From: Fimbriosthenelais zetlandica
Taxonomy: Eukaryota
Direction: 5' to 3'
Assembly: GCA_977030845.1 (NCBI GenBank)
Contig: OZ365113.1
Coordinates: 33,542,001 to 33,606,000 of the forward strand
Length of the DNA stretch: 64,000 nt
Position numbers and translations under genes: made by a program
The notes under the pieces: generated by a model
The model's input: the letters and a program-made list of their open reading frames with translations, nothing else
Told to the model about the DNA's origin: nothing
Databases searched by the model: none
Shown here: positions 25,401 to 37,030 of the stretch, one piece after another
Layout of the letters: every line of letters begins with the position of its first letter
Numbering within the stretch: the first letter of the stretch is position 1

Positions 25401-26250
25401 TCCAATCCAATATTCATAAGTTACACTAGAGAAGCGCTGCCCCCACTTCTCCTTATTATCAACTTATGTAAAATAAGGCGTCTCCCTATTCTTCCCCGCC
25501 CACATAAATCCGCAATAGCAGCCCAAGGGAACCACGAGGAGGCAGGGGTGAAAAACTTTACTGTAAAACGAAGAACAAACGTGGCTTAGGCAGTAACTTT
25601 ATGGATTAAGATACTTTCCTTATTTGGCTGTTCTTAGTGACATGGCAAAGACTTCATAGGCTGATGCAGTGTTCCCAGTTGCCCTTTATTTTAATACTTT
25701 CAAATAAATCAGCATAGTCTTAGGCTGGGGAGTGGTGTGAGGAAGGGAGTAGCCTGCAGCTCTCCTGAGTCTTGTCCACTATCTCTGCTCCAGCAGCCCC
25801 ACTAAGGTGACCACCAAACGTGACCACTGAAGACGAGCCAGGCTCGCAACTACCATGCCATCCATCTACTGCCCTGCCCCCGGACATTTGTTGTCTGCCT
25901 CTGTTCGATGCCACAGACGACATTTTCTCCCAATGAAATCAGCAGCAAGAATCTCAAAGTACGATCCAAGGAGAGTATCACTGCGAATAGTAATAAGGCC
26001 CACACAGTTAGATGTGTAACTTACTTAAGACTTTTCTGAGCTCAGTCTCTGAAACTGTGACCTTCTCATTCCATCATTTACTGCTTGCTATGGGTGTGTT
26101 GTGTGCTTGTCCCAAGGTCGAACATATGGTTGACCTCAGCCAACTGCTGAGTGTTCCCTTGTTCCCATGTCAGCAGGTTTTCTGCCATTGGTAATGCTTC
26201 AACATGGGCGCATATATTCCCCTTACCTAGAGTTTAAACCTTAAACCCCA
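22450..26250 (-). mobile_element. Degenerate Ty3/gypsy remnant(s): gag, RT, RNase H, integrase
   Basis: Minus strand: possible gag knuckle NKCPGAGQ (~25880); AVIDIIDDSMY (~24930-24960, RT); RKGPIAYSL (~24005-24030, RNase H); WMVIDFACP (~23650-23675, IN IDFAGP); L*RINQSHIKLEKCVRHMQNS (~23125-23188, IN HLGIEKC). Two integrase pieces suggest more than one element. Confidence 0.45.
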
Positions 26251-26295
26251 TCCCCAAGTATTCATGGTTTAATGATAGGGAGAGCTATGAAAACA

Positions 26296-26356
26296 CAACT
26301 TGTGTACATGATTTAACCCAGTATGGCACTCTGGGTTAGATCATGTACACAAGTTG
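26296..26356. repeat. Near-perfect 61-nt hairpin (26-bp stem, 9-nt loop)
   Basis: CAACTTGTGTACATGATTTAACCCAG-tatggcact-CTGGGTTAGATCATGTACACAAGTTG; one G:T mismatch. Confidence 0.9.
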
Positions 26357-28499
26357 ATTTGCTGCGACTAGTGCAACTGTACAATTTAATCCAACATTTA
26401 ATCAATCAGGGACAATACTCATCGTCTTTGAACCACACTGAGATCTCCAATATCTACAGCTTATCCTGGTGTGAACTGCGGAAAACCTGACAATACCATT
26501 GCTGCACAGGACAATATACAAACGTGTGCCAAATATAAAATGAAAGCTGGCTTGACAAGTTACTTGACTAAGGCCCTTCCAACAACCCTTCCAGCCTGGT
26601 CTCTGGGGAAGCTCTGCGCATTCCAAGCCACTTCAATTTGACCGCTTCCAGTATCAATACACGGCATCGAATCAGCTTTACCTAGCTTTGTCTTGGCGAG
26701 GGGGCATTCTCTTGGGATAAGGGCAATGTCTATAGTCAGTCCAAGCCTTCTTTCTTACAAAACTCTGACTAGAGTACATGGTATAGTGGTCGGGTTCCCA
26801 TGAATAAAATTCCAAGTTATTTATGGGACAGAGATGTATACTGGAAGCTGGACTTGCCCCGGGTTCTAGATTGTAAGTTAAGCGTTTCTCCAGTTGCAGT
26901 CTGACCCATTCAGTCCTTTGGCTAGTTTGTGTAATTCACCCTATTGAATGTAAGTACCCGTGTGTCCAGCCTCGGTGCTTTTCCAATCTATCTCATTAGT
27001 GATTGCCGCCCGTGTTACATTTGGGTAATTGCGTTTCCCTTTTAATTATGGCAGGGTGCCCGCAAGTATATCCTTCTAACGCTGAATGGTTAAAACTGAA
27101 TTATAACAAAGTGCTCCCCCGGGAGGAAAAAAGTCGCACACTGTTTGGTCGCTGAGATTAGTTGCCCTCACTTTGGCACTAAAGCGTGCATGCATGGGTT
27201 TCACCAGAGTGAAGAGGCCCTATCAATGAAAATTACCAGCTCATAGAAATGCCCTTTTCTATTATTATTGGATCTCATCGTATCAAAACAGCACCACTTT
27301 CTATATTGCATGCATCACCAACCATTTTGATGAAAATTGCTTTACTCCAAAACCAACTAACAAATGAATTCAGCAGTTGAATTGGCTCTGTCGCCAAGCA
27401 ATTGTACTCTTAAAATGAACCCAAATGGAGTTTAATCAGAAGGCAAAGTCCAAATAATTGAGCAGAACAGATTGCATTCAAGCTATTTCAGCATCCTTGT
27501 GAATGTTCCCAGGGTAAGCAGGGGTTTATCCGTGCATTGGTTGACATAGATCCCAGTACAGCAAAGAGTTTATCTGATGTGTGACTCTCCTGTCTGGTGG
27601 GAATTTACCAAAAAGCACCTAGAAAGGAAGTGGATCACCTAAGCTCTCATATGCCATTAATCCTGATACTTACTTCATGCCTGGTCACTCAGTGCACTTT
27701 AGGGTCGTTGTATGGCAGTTGTACAACTCCTTGTGGCAATACAAAGCATCCTGTTTACTAACAACTAAAAGGGCGCCAGTTATATGAAGAAAAATGGATG
27801 ACGTATATCAGACGCCTGCCCTAAACTAGACAAATTGAAACTGGCCATTGTCTATGACAAGATGAGAGCTTTTACATTGGAAAAGTGGTCTTCTAATTCA
27901 AAGAATACTAAACTCAGATTATACCTATAAGACTTCCAACAGAATAGCAGAATGGATTCTTTGATCGATGGCCTGCCATTTCGCCATAGCTGCAGAATCC
28001 TTTGTTTTAGATCAAATTGAATGTTGTACATGGCATAGGCAAACATTCATCAATGTATCTTATCCACGTGCTAGGTGTCAGAGGCGGATTCAGCCTCCCC
28101 GATTGCTGTAATTTGCTTGCCACTCCTACTTGTCCTCTCCAATAGTGGGGTTTGATCGATTTGACCCCATGCACTCAATAATCTGAACAAGAAATATGGG
28201 ACTCGTTGGTCTTAGGATTCTATGCATAGAATTATCACAGGGGCAGGCCCCCTTTGCGGAATACCTAACATCATACATGCGCTAGTCATCGATTTCTGAG
28301 AGCCTGTTTTTGGATCCTCAATGTTTATGCATATGACCCAGTGTTGTTTTTGTCTATATTTATTGTACACATTCTCCACAGGGCCCCAGAAGGTATATCA
28401 ATGTAGATTAGTAAGACCCTGGCATAGTAAATCCCTTACAGTGCTTGAGCCAGCATGTATAATAAAATAACGCGGCCGGGAGGGATACCTAATACAATC

Positions 28500-29300
28500 T
28501 ATGGCACAGCTTGACCTGGCTATTTTTATCTGAACATTTCCCCGCTTCATCCCAATTGATTAAGCAGTGACCTGTGTCACGGATGTTTAAATCAAAAAGG
28601 GATCTGGCCGTATTTCCCAGACTTCCATTAAGGAAATTAAGACTAGCCCATCTCCCAGTGCCAGAGGGCAAGGTTTTGGCATTCAGACGTCTCTACTTTT
28701 TCATCCACTACTTTTATTATTGGCGTGAAAGAAACGTTGGGATGCTTTGTAGACGCTTTGTAGATGCAGCTACTATATTATAGATATCAAAGGTCAAGCG
28801 GAGGATTAGAGGAGATTTTACCTCATAGAGAGTACATAGACACCCATCAGTATGTTATCAAACTCTTATCTCCGTGGGACACCTTCCTATAGATCGTATC
28901 ATAAACTATAGATCATTCCTATCGACATATCATCATCCAGGAACCAGATTTGTGATCGGTTCAGAGCAGTTTTTTGTGGACACTGCCATTAGACCATATT
29001 TAAACTCTTTTAGGTCCAATGCTTGCCCTAGTCGGCATGTTATACAACCATAAAATAGTTCATTCACCTCAGGCTACATGGACCTTACATTAAGGCAGGG
29101 CTATAGGAAATCATTCATAAACACGCGGGAGGCATTTAAAAGCTTGACCAACGCTGCCAACCAAGCAAGGGCAATCTTTTGTTGGGGTCTTCGGAAATAA
29201 CCCATTGGTCCAATGTGACTGTCAAATGGTTTGTGTTTACTCTTCTGTCAATACTATAATGGAGCGAGTGTTAAATTCTGAGCAGCTCGCAGCTGGGGAG
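28500..29300 (-). mobile_element. Degenerate gypsy RNase H remnant
   Basis: Minus-strand NGSVHKKLL*TDHKSGSW (~28935-28990) matches YLxGRKFxLxTDHKPL. Confidence 0.35.
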
Positions 29301-30073
29301 CAAAGAGAGCAGTTCTTAAAGGCACCCTGAGCCTCTTGTCATAGTTAATGTGCTCAGAGGTGCAGACAACATTCTAGGCCAATCTTTCAGAAGGCTCTCT
29401 TCTCGTGAGTATGAATTGTATGTACACACAAAGCTGTCTATAGAAAAGCCTGCCTCCTGACAAAGCCTATATGGTGATTGGAACAGAGTTCTGATGGGAT
29501 AGGATGTGAAGTTTTTGCTTCGACTAAACTAAAGATATGGCCTGGCTTCTCTCTGAAAGAAGATTTTTTTCTAACAGTAATTTACTTACTAGCTATCCAC
29601 ATACCGTCTCAAGTTCTCTCAAGTCATATTTTCACTGAGTTTTGATGTAAGGTAAAATATCAAAGCATGAAGGACTAGATACAACCATATATGTCATGTA
29701 TTCGTTCCATCATGTTTGTCCTTCCCTCTAGGGACTTAAAACCCAGAAAATATTTCTCTCTTCAGCCTGAAGCTTCAATTTTTACACTCTACAGGATTCC
29801 TGATAGCATGAGCATCCCCTATACGCAATAGCTTCCATTCAAATCGAAATATTCCATAGAATATTCCACAGAGCGAAGGATCCCGCTGCGTCACAATTCA
29901 AATAAATAGCTTTGATAAATAATTCAACATCCTACCCTGACAATACCCCTGTATGCTGTTAGCATGAATCACATTGCTTTTGCTAAAGTGCCAACGCACT
30001 AAATTCTGGTTTTACCATTTTTCAGGATGGTCTACTGACTGGCCCATTGGAAGACAGCTTTTAACGAGGCAAA

Positions 30074-33000
30074 ATGGAGTTGACAGACCAGCTCAGGCCA
30101 CCTGCTGTCCTCTTCGTCCTATCCATAACCATCACAGCACTCCGTGTCACCGGAAGTTACGTCTGCCCTGATGTCATACCTCACAACTGTACCTGTATGG
30201 TGTTAGAGGATCGGGGAATCCTCGATATAGATTGTATTTCTTTAGGGCTGCGAGAAATCCCCACTGATCTACCAGTCATGAATGACCTACGCATACAGAA
30301 TAACAACATCGCAGTCCTACAACCAATACCCTACGGTGGCCTGGAGTATCTCTACCTAGAGCTGAATCAGATTTATGGCATTAGTGACAACGCTTTCCGT
30401 AACCTAAGTCAATTAAAGACACTCAATATGGCCGATAATAAGATCACCGAACTCCAACCGGAAGTCTTCTCGGGCCTAACGTCCCTGAAGGCCCTCGTTC
30501 TGGCAGACAATCCTAAGTACCATATTTCTACCGGGGTTCTCGGGGGCCATATGCTCCCCAGCCTGGAAACCCTGGACTTGGCCAACTGCCGCCTATACGA
30601 GATCTCCCCGTTGGCTTTTGATCGCAGCTCACCATTGCTGTCTCTCAATGCATCCTCTAACAGACTCACCTCTTTTGAATTTCTCAAACCTTTAAAGGGC
30701 TTACGTTTCTTGGATCTCTCACATAACAGGATCCAAAGACTGGAAGGGGCTCCCTTCCGAGGTCTGACATCGCTGGATGATGTCAATCTAGCCTATAACA
30801 GGATAACTCACTTGGAAGAAGACTCCTTCAAAGGCCTCATCCGGCTTAAATCTCTCTACTTGCATCATAATAAAATCTCACAAATTGACCATTCGGCATT
30901 TAAGGACGCTCTCAGTTTGAAAACACTTGATATGAGTTATAATCAAATGCAGCACATGAGTCGGGACCGTTTTCCATGGGCCACTTTGGAGACGCCCAAA
31001 GTACATGACAATCCTTGGGAATGTGGCTGCAAAACAGCATGGCTCAGGACTTCTGAGGTTCTTTTGTCAAACCTGGAGTCCAACCTAACGTGAGTATTCT
31101 ATAATTAATCTTCCCATTCATCATTATTGATCCATCATTATCATCTTCCTCCCTTTGCCATGTAGGCGACCCAAATATTCTCCACACCAACCCATCATAC
31201 TATCATTTCCAAACTTCATTTTCATTTTTGAACCTCATTCTTCTTTCAATCCACACCACTGCTGCCTTTTTCTTGTTCTTCCAGCAGCTCTCACATGACT
31301 TTCTAATGAATCTTATTTTGAATTTCCCATCACAAATGGATCATTGATGTAGAAGAAAAACCCTCGCGTCTCATTTGTTTCTCCCACATCCATGGCTTTC
31401 CCTCCATGGGTGATCTTGCATTACCCAAACTAATTTCGGTACAGATCACTCATCCTGCGCATGTATTAGCAACCAACACAAGTCATTTACTCAGTTCCTC
31501 CCATCTCCATAGACTCAGCTGTTTGGACTGGAGGGGACCACGGAGGAATCCCATCATGGCACTCATAGCGATGCCTATTATCCCCAGAGGAGAAAAATAT
31601 GGAGCAAAAATCTCCAGTGGATCGAATGAGTATATCTTTAATGACAGGCCCTGCTTCCTTTTTTCTCTCAGCTGTAATTGAATCCAGTTCCAACTTGTGA
31701 ATATGCAGTCCATGACAGGGCAATTCCAGACAGACCGAGCAGAAAGGAATTGCAAAGATTTCCTTGGTCCTGTCCGCTGCTGTTAAGTGTCTTCGACCTT
31801 TTCAGAATGCACGCCTCTTGTCCTATATATAGACAAGGTAGGAACCAGACAGTGACAGAGATAATCCCCCCACCACCGGGTCATGAAAGGTCCAGCTTGA
31901 TTTTATCTCCCTGGAATGGCATTCTTGTCGTCAAGGGATAAGCCCCTCTCCACCTCTTCCCACTCCCTCACCCTTGCTCAATTTTATACTGCCTTCTTTT
32001 TATTTATTGACTTCGGTGCAATACATGCAAATATTCTTATCGCCATTGTACAACAATAGAAAGTTTTGAGCTAACAGTGAACATTATTGTGCCCGAGTGA
32101 GAAAATTATAGGCTCACGATAAATCTAATAATGAAATTTAAATGCACTTCACGTTTGTGTAAAATCATTTGGAGCATTAATTTGATTGGGACCAGGATGG
32201 AGTGTGCTTGGCACATGTCAAGTCCAATATTTCAGTAATGGGTAGGGAAGTCTTCTTCCATGCGAATAGTAGGGGTGAGGATGTGGCGTATTTGAATGAA
32301 GACAGCCATGTTTACAGGCTCCCGCCTCATGGCAATCTACCAGGTTTTAGACTGTGGGACCTGTTAATTGGTTTGGATTTATTGATGAAATTCTTAAAAC
32401 AAAGTAGAATTGATTCCAAGCTTCCCAGCGCATAAAAGTATTTAACCTTCCTCCAAGCACTGAATTAAATCAGCTTCAATGAACCTATTTAATGAATCTA
32501 TCAAAGATTGATAGCTTTTTAGGGACGAATTCCTTTTTTAAAAGTGATTTTAAATGATCTTTTTGTTCTAAAACCACGAAGGCAGCCCCTTTGACCTGCT
32601 ATTTTCTCACTTCCCAGCACCAAACATGTCTAGCCGATGCCCTCACTCATCGGTTATCCAGGCTCTACTTTGTATGCCTGCAAGTTGAGTAAGTAATAGG
32701 TCCAGCGTCAAGTGTAACAATTGCTCCTGTCCATGAAGCTGGTTCAATTTTCTTTCTAACCTCGCTGAACTCTGTGCGGCCTTGCACTGCCCATGTATAT
32801 ACAAGAGTCAGACAGAGCACATTCTTCTTATGGATGTAGCCTACATATTGGTGATTGAATTCAGATCTTACATAGCCTACTTGAACTCCTAAGAGATCCT
32901 AGGCCTATTCTTCAACTTTTCTCACACTGGCTTTGAGTTTGAGAAGACAATGTAGCATACATATTGGCTATTGAATCCAGATCTTGCATAGCCTGGACTC

Positions 33001-33501
33001 CAGACAGATTCCTTAGTCCATTTTCCTCAACTAAAACTGCCTTTTCCTCAACTGAAACTACCCTGTATCACCCCCACCCCAACCCCATGGACATGATTTT
33101 GTATAAAGTTCTATAACTCAATTTTCTTGGACGACCCCTACCCCTCACCCGCACCCTGATATGAAATGTTATACACTGACAAAGGCTAATTTGGACAAAT
33201 ATTTTTTTGTGATTGCAGATGTGCTGGACCTATAGAAGTACGAGGGGCAGCAGTCTATTCTATCAACCTTAATTTCTTTCGCTGTCGCAACGTGCAGCAA
33301 CGAGCGTCAGAACGCGCCTTGGCCATCGGCCTTGGGGTCGTCATTGGCCTTATTATCGCCACCTTAGCAGCACTTCTCGTTTACCGTCTCGTTTTCAGGG
33401 CGAGACGAAGATCACGTGACGGCCCTCTGACAGTATCTGCCTCATCTCCCTACAGTCGTGTAGACTCGCGAGAGCTGGTACTTAAAGGCGACGACATGTG
33501 A
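30074..33501 (+). CDS. Type-I transmembrane leucine-rich-repeat protein, 432 aa, two coding exons (30074-31089, 33219-33501)
   Basis: Signal peptide, LRRNT (CPDVIPHNCTC..IDC), about 11 LRRs and LRRCT NPWECGC split by a phase-2 intron (AC|gtgagt ... ttgcag|A) that rejoins as LTCAGPIEVRG..FFRC. Then a TM helix (ALAIGLGVVIGLIIATLAALLVY), a basic stop-transfer RARRR and a short tail with no TIR domain. An acceptor at 30026 implies an upstream non-coding exon. Confidence 0.9.
31450..32800 (-). mobile_element. Possible LINE RT remnant within the LRR gene intron
   Basis: Minus-strand WEAWNQFYFVLRISSINPNQLTGPTV resembles WKxANIVPVFK..PxNYRPISLT; very decayed. Confidence 0.25.
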
Positions 33502-33624
33502 GGAGCAATCAAGGTGAAGAATAGCCAAAGGCAACATCTCTATCTAGGATTGACAAGATTCACTGTCCTTTTACTGGACATGTATGTGTTATAAAGTATC
33601 AGCTACGATCAGACAGATTGTAAG

Positions 33625-33847
33625 TATAGGAAAACCTGTCTAAAACGACCACCCTAATATCTCCTAATTGGTAAGCCTACCTAATGAAGCGGTCGCTTTA
33701 CACAGGTGGTCGCCTTATAGGGGGTCAGGTTTTGGGACATTTGAAGACAGATGAAAAAGATGGGACCCTGTAAAAGTGGTCAGATTAGGCAGGTGGTTGT
33801 GTTACTGTATAATCAGGTGGTGGCTAAGTCAGGCCTGTTTTCCTGTA
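33625..33847. mobile_element. Tc1/mariner (pogo-Tigger type) MITE
   Basis: Left end TATAGGAAAACCTGTCTAAAACGACCACC and right end GGTGGTGGCTAAGTCAGGCCTGTTTTCCTGTA are imperfect TIRs with TA ends; internal GGTCGC/CAGGTGGT repeats are typical of this MITE class. Confidence 0.5.
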
Positions 33848-34299
33848 CAGAAGGTTACCGGTAACTTATCATAATGTCTATAGGGCACCAGCCGCTTCTA
33901 AGACATGCCCATGTACATATACTTTCCTTGAGCCCCCGCCCCTTCCCAACCTCCAGACATGTTTATCTGAGCTCATCATCATTACAGATTACCATCAGGA
34001 GGGACATGATGCTCTTGCCAATACACTAGAGGCACTCACACCAGTCTATAACATTATTAGACGGAGTAACCCTCCAATACAACATTAGTATCCAGCTTGA
34101 AATAATAAGACATTTCTAGGATACAAAGTTCCAGCATGTCTTTCAGGGGTCGGGAATTGGTTGTTTTAAAGAGAAGCATTGAATACTTTTGAACCCAATT
34201 TGAAAAGTGAGTGCCCAAACTATAAATTTACCATTGGAAACCTATTGGCTATAGGATGAATTCCATCGAATTTAGAGTGTATTTAGACGACCCCACAAG

Positions 34300-35250
34300 A
34301 GTTGAACAGCAGCAGATGAGCACTACCAAAAAAATCCGCTCAGACATTCACAAGTTGCTTCTATAGGAGCAAAGTTGTTTGAGAAATATGTTTTTTAACT
34401 ATTTAAGTAAATGACCAATGTTCTATCCTGAAGTAGTAAGCCTAATTAGATGCTTTAAGTACTTTGTGTAAGAAAGAAATGATTGGATTTCGTGTAAGAC
34501 CAATTACAAATGTAATTCAATGCCCTCACAATAGGACAGACAGAGTTAGTTGTTCACTCATGCGAACAACTCATCAGTAAGCCCTTGTATTGATCAAACA
34601 CATTGCAAATCTAGAGCTGAATCTATATCACTAATTTCCACTAAGGTGTTAGAAAAACGTGAGAGTGAGATAGTTGCGAGAGTATTTTTGATGAAGAAAG
34701 TGAATGAATGATCGATAACATTGCTAAGTGAATGCAATTTATTTATGTAGCTCATTTGTATGCATTGTGTCATGTCGTCTTGTAGTTTTGCCACATCTAA
34801 AGTAACAGTGGTAGCCCACCACTGACGATACTGCTCCTCTTTGCTTGTAAGCATAGCTAAATGAATGCTTAAATTTGTCTAATAATTATTTTGTAATGTA
34901 GGAATATCGATCTTCTACGAGTCTCAGATGGAATACTTGTATCATGGAAACTGTATTATAAAGAAAATAATAATGAGAAGAAAGAAACTAGTGACATAAT
35001 GTTTATTTCTATAATGTATTGCCTCGACTCTTTGATTGTAATACCCAGCCCCATACACGTAACAGAAATGTCTCTGAAGAAAGCTTTGTTTGTGATATGA
35101 ATGTATTGCTTGTCGATAGCAAATTTCCTTTAGAAGCTTTTATGAAAGTCCATAACATAGTCGATGCAATTCTGCACCAATGTCTTGTCTTCTAAGAGGA
35201 ATGAGAGACTATAGAAAGATGGATGTCTATGATGGATATGTTTACTTTGT
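34300..35250 (-). mobile_element. Degenerate CR1/L2-type LINE RT remnant
   Basis: Minus-strand YVMDFHKSF (~35135-35160, DFSKAFD), then AKLQDDMTQCIQ (LQxDL) and DLQCV*SIQGLT..VNN (DLGVxIxxxLTWxxHVNN), in the correct order. Confidence 0.4.
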
Positions 35251-36649
35251 CTGATATCTCGTTTGTGTCAAATACTGCACTCTAATCATATAATAATATA
35301 ATGAGGTTAGATTCTTCTGATTCTTGATTAAAGGTTTTCCACATTGTGTAGGCTGTATATGGATCCACACTTTTATAATATTAATTACTTTAATTATGAG
35401 TTTTCACTCTGTGTCAATCAATCCAACTGTTGTGAAATTGAAATAGTTTAACAATATTTTTCATGATTTTCACCGGAGTATATAATTTTATCAATACATG
35501 TGCTTGTGCAATAGAATTACCTAACCATATTTAAAGATTCATGCCACAAAACAATATTCAGTCTTTTATAGAACTTAATACCATGTCCCTGTTGTGTCAG
35601 CCGTATCTTTGTACCTTTTAAATCACTAAATTGTAAATGAAGATCTCAATGGTTTCAATTGTGTTTTGTACAGACTGGAATTTATTCCAAATCATACGAT
35701 TCCATACCATTATATTAGTACATTGATTGATCTTACGTCATGTCAGTGAATTATGGTCACAATAATCCACCGTTTGAATCAATAGACAACGGAAACCACC
35801 AACGCCGTGTACTAATTCATGAATAATGCACAGGTTGACATGAGGACGCATGCTCTATGGGATTCAAAACCGAAGGATTGTAGTGCACAGAAAAAGGGGG
35901 TTGGACTGTACTAATGACCATGATGGTGGACCCAAACAATGTATGAAGGGCCCTGTTGGATCTCTTCAATGCTTCAGTTTGTTAGAAATGTATTACACTA
36001 CATTTACGTCGGAATAGAGCCATGTTGGTGGCAAAGGAAACCTGGAAGTGAGATCTCTGTGACAATATAAAGGAGTATATGATCACCCCAGCAATGAATT
36101 TAAATCGTGGATGTCCTAAACCCGAATGGAATGGACAAGGGATTCAGGATGGGTTTATCGCTTGGGTGTGACTAAAACCACGATTAAGAGAATGACATTC
36201 CAACGTGATCTTGAAGAGTAGTTCTCCCGGAATTATGTATTGCTTCAGCTGAACCAAGAGAATTTTTCATGACTGGCTCGCCACTCTATTAGTATAACAA
36301 GACCTTTTCTGTGAAATGGCCAGTACCTTGTGCACATATATATGTAGTGAATATATACCTACGGTTCTAATGGCCATAGATCTCTCAGGATTTATTTGCA
36401 GAGAGATAAATCGATGACTGCCTTTAACGGGGACTGAAAAGTGGTATTGCCCAAATGGTAATAGCTATGGCTGCTCATGATATGGAGCAGAAAATCCCCT
36501 AAAGGCACAAATTGAAATGAAACGCAACAAAAGAATAAGAAGCTTACATAATGATCCACAATCCATATTGTTGTGTATCAATTCCTCATTCTAAATTGGC
36601 AAGCTGAGGACACCAATGGAAGAGGGAAATGGAAATAAACAGGGATTGT

Positions 36650-37030
36650 GAGGATGTTTAACAATTTACTTTGTTCCCAAATGAAAAAATGCGTACAGAG
36701 CTGCAGCTAAAAGCAGACTTATCGTATTGAATCCGATGGCTTTTCTTTTTCCCCAGTAAATGTCTCTCTGGGCGAGCCCCATAGTATTTGCAGCTGTTCC
36801 CTGGTCTTCTTTGTAAGCCCCAACTTGCGCAGGCAAAATATATCGGAGCCAAGGTCTGGCCAATCCATCTTGTGGATACGCCTGCTGGCATATGTAGAGG
36901 AACCAACATCTGTGAAGTTTATTGCCCCTAATTCTCATGATGAAAAGACTGGAAAGATGAAAAGCTTCCGTCTCTTCTAAACTACTTCTTCTGAAGTAGT
37001 GTTTTCCTGCTGAATTGAAATTCAATCATC
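36650..37030 (-). mobile_element. Possible Crypton-like tyrosine recombinase remnant
   Basis: Two adjacent frames give GNSCKYYGARPE and DIYWGKRKAIGFNTISLLL, resembling CPVxxYxxYxSxRP ... WYxxxPxGxNTI. Confidence 0.25.

Noticed and set aside
30409-30786. 125-aa minus-strand ORF
   Set aside because: Antisense shadow of the LRR coding exon; no independent features.
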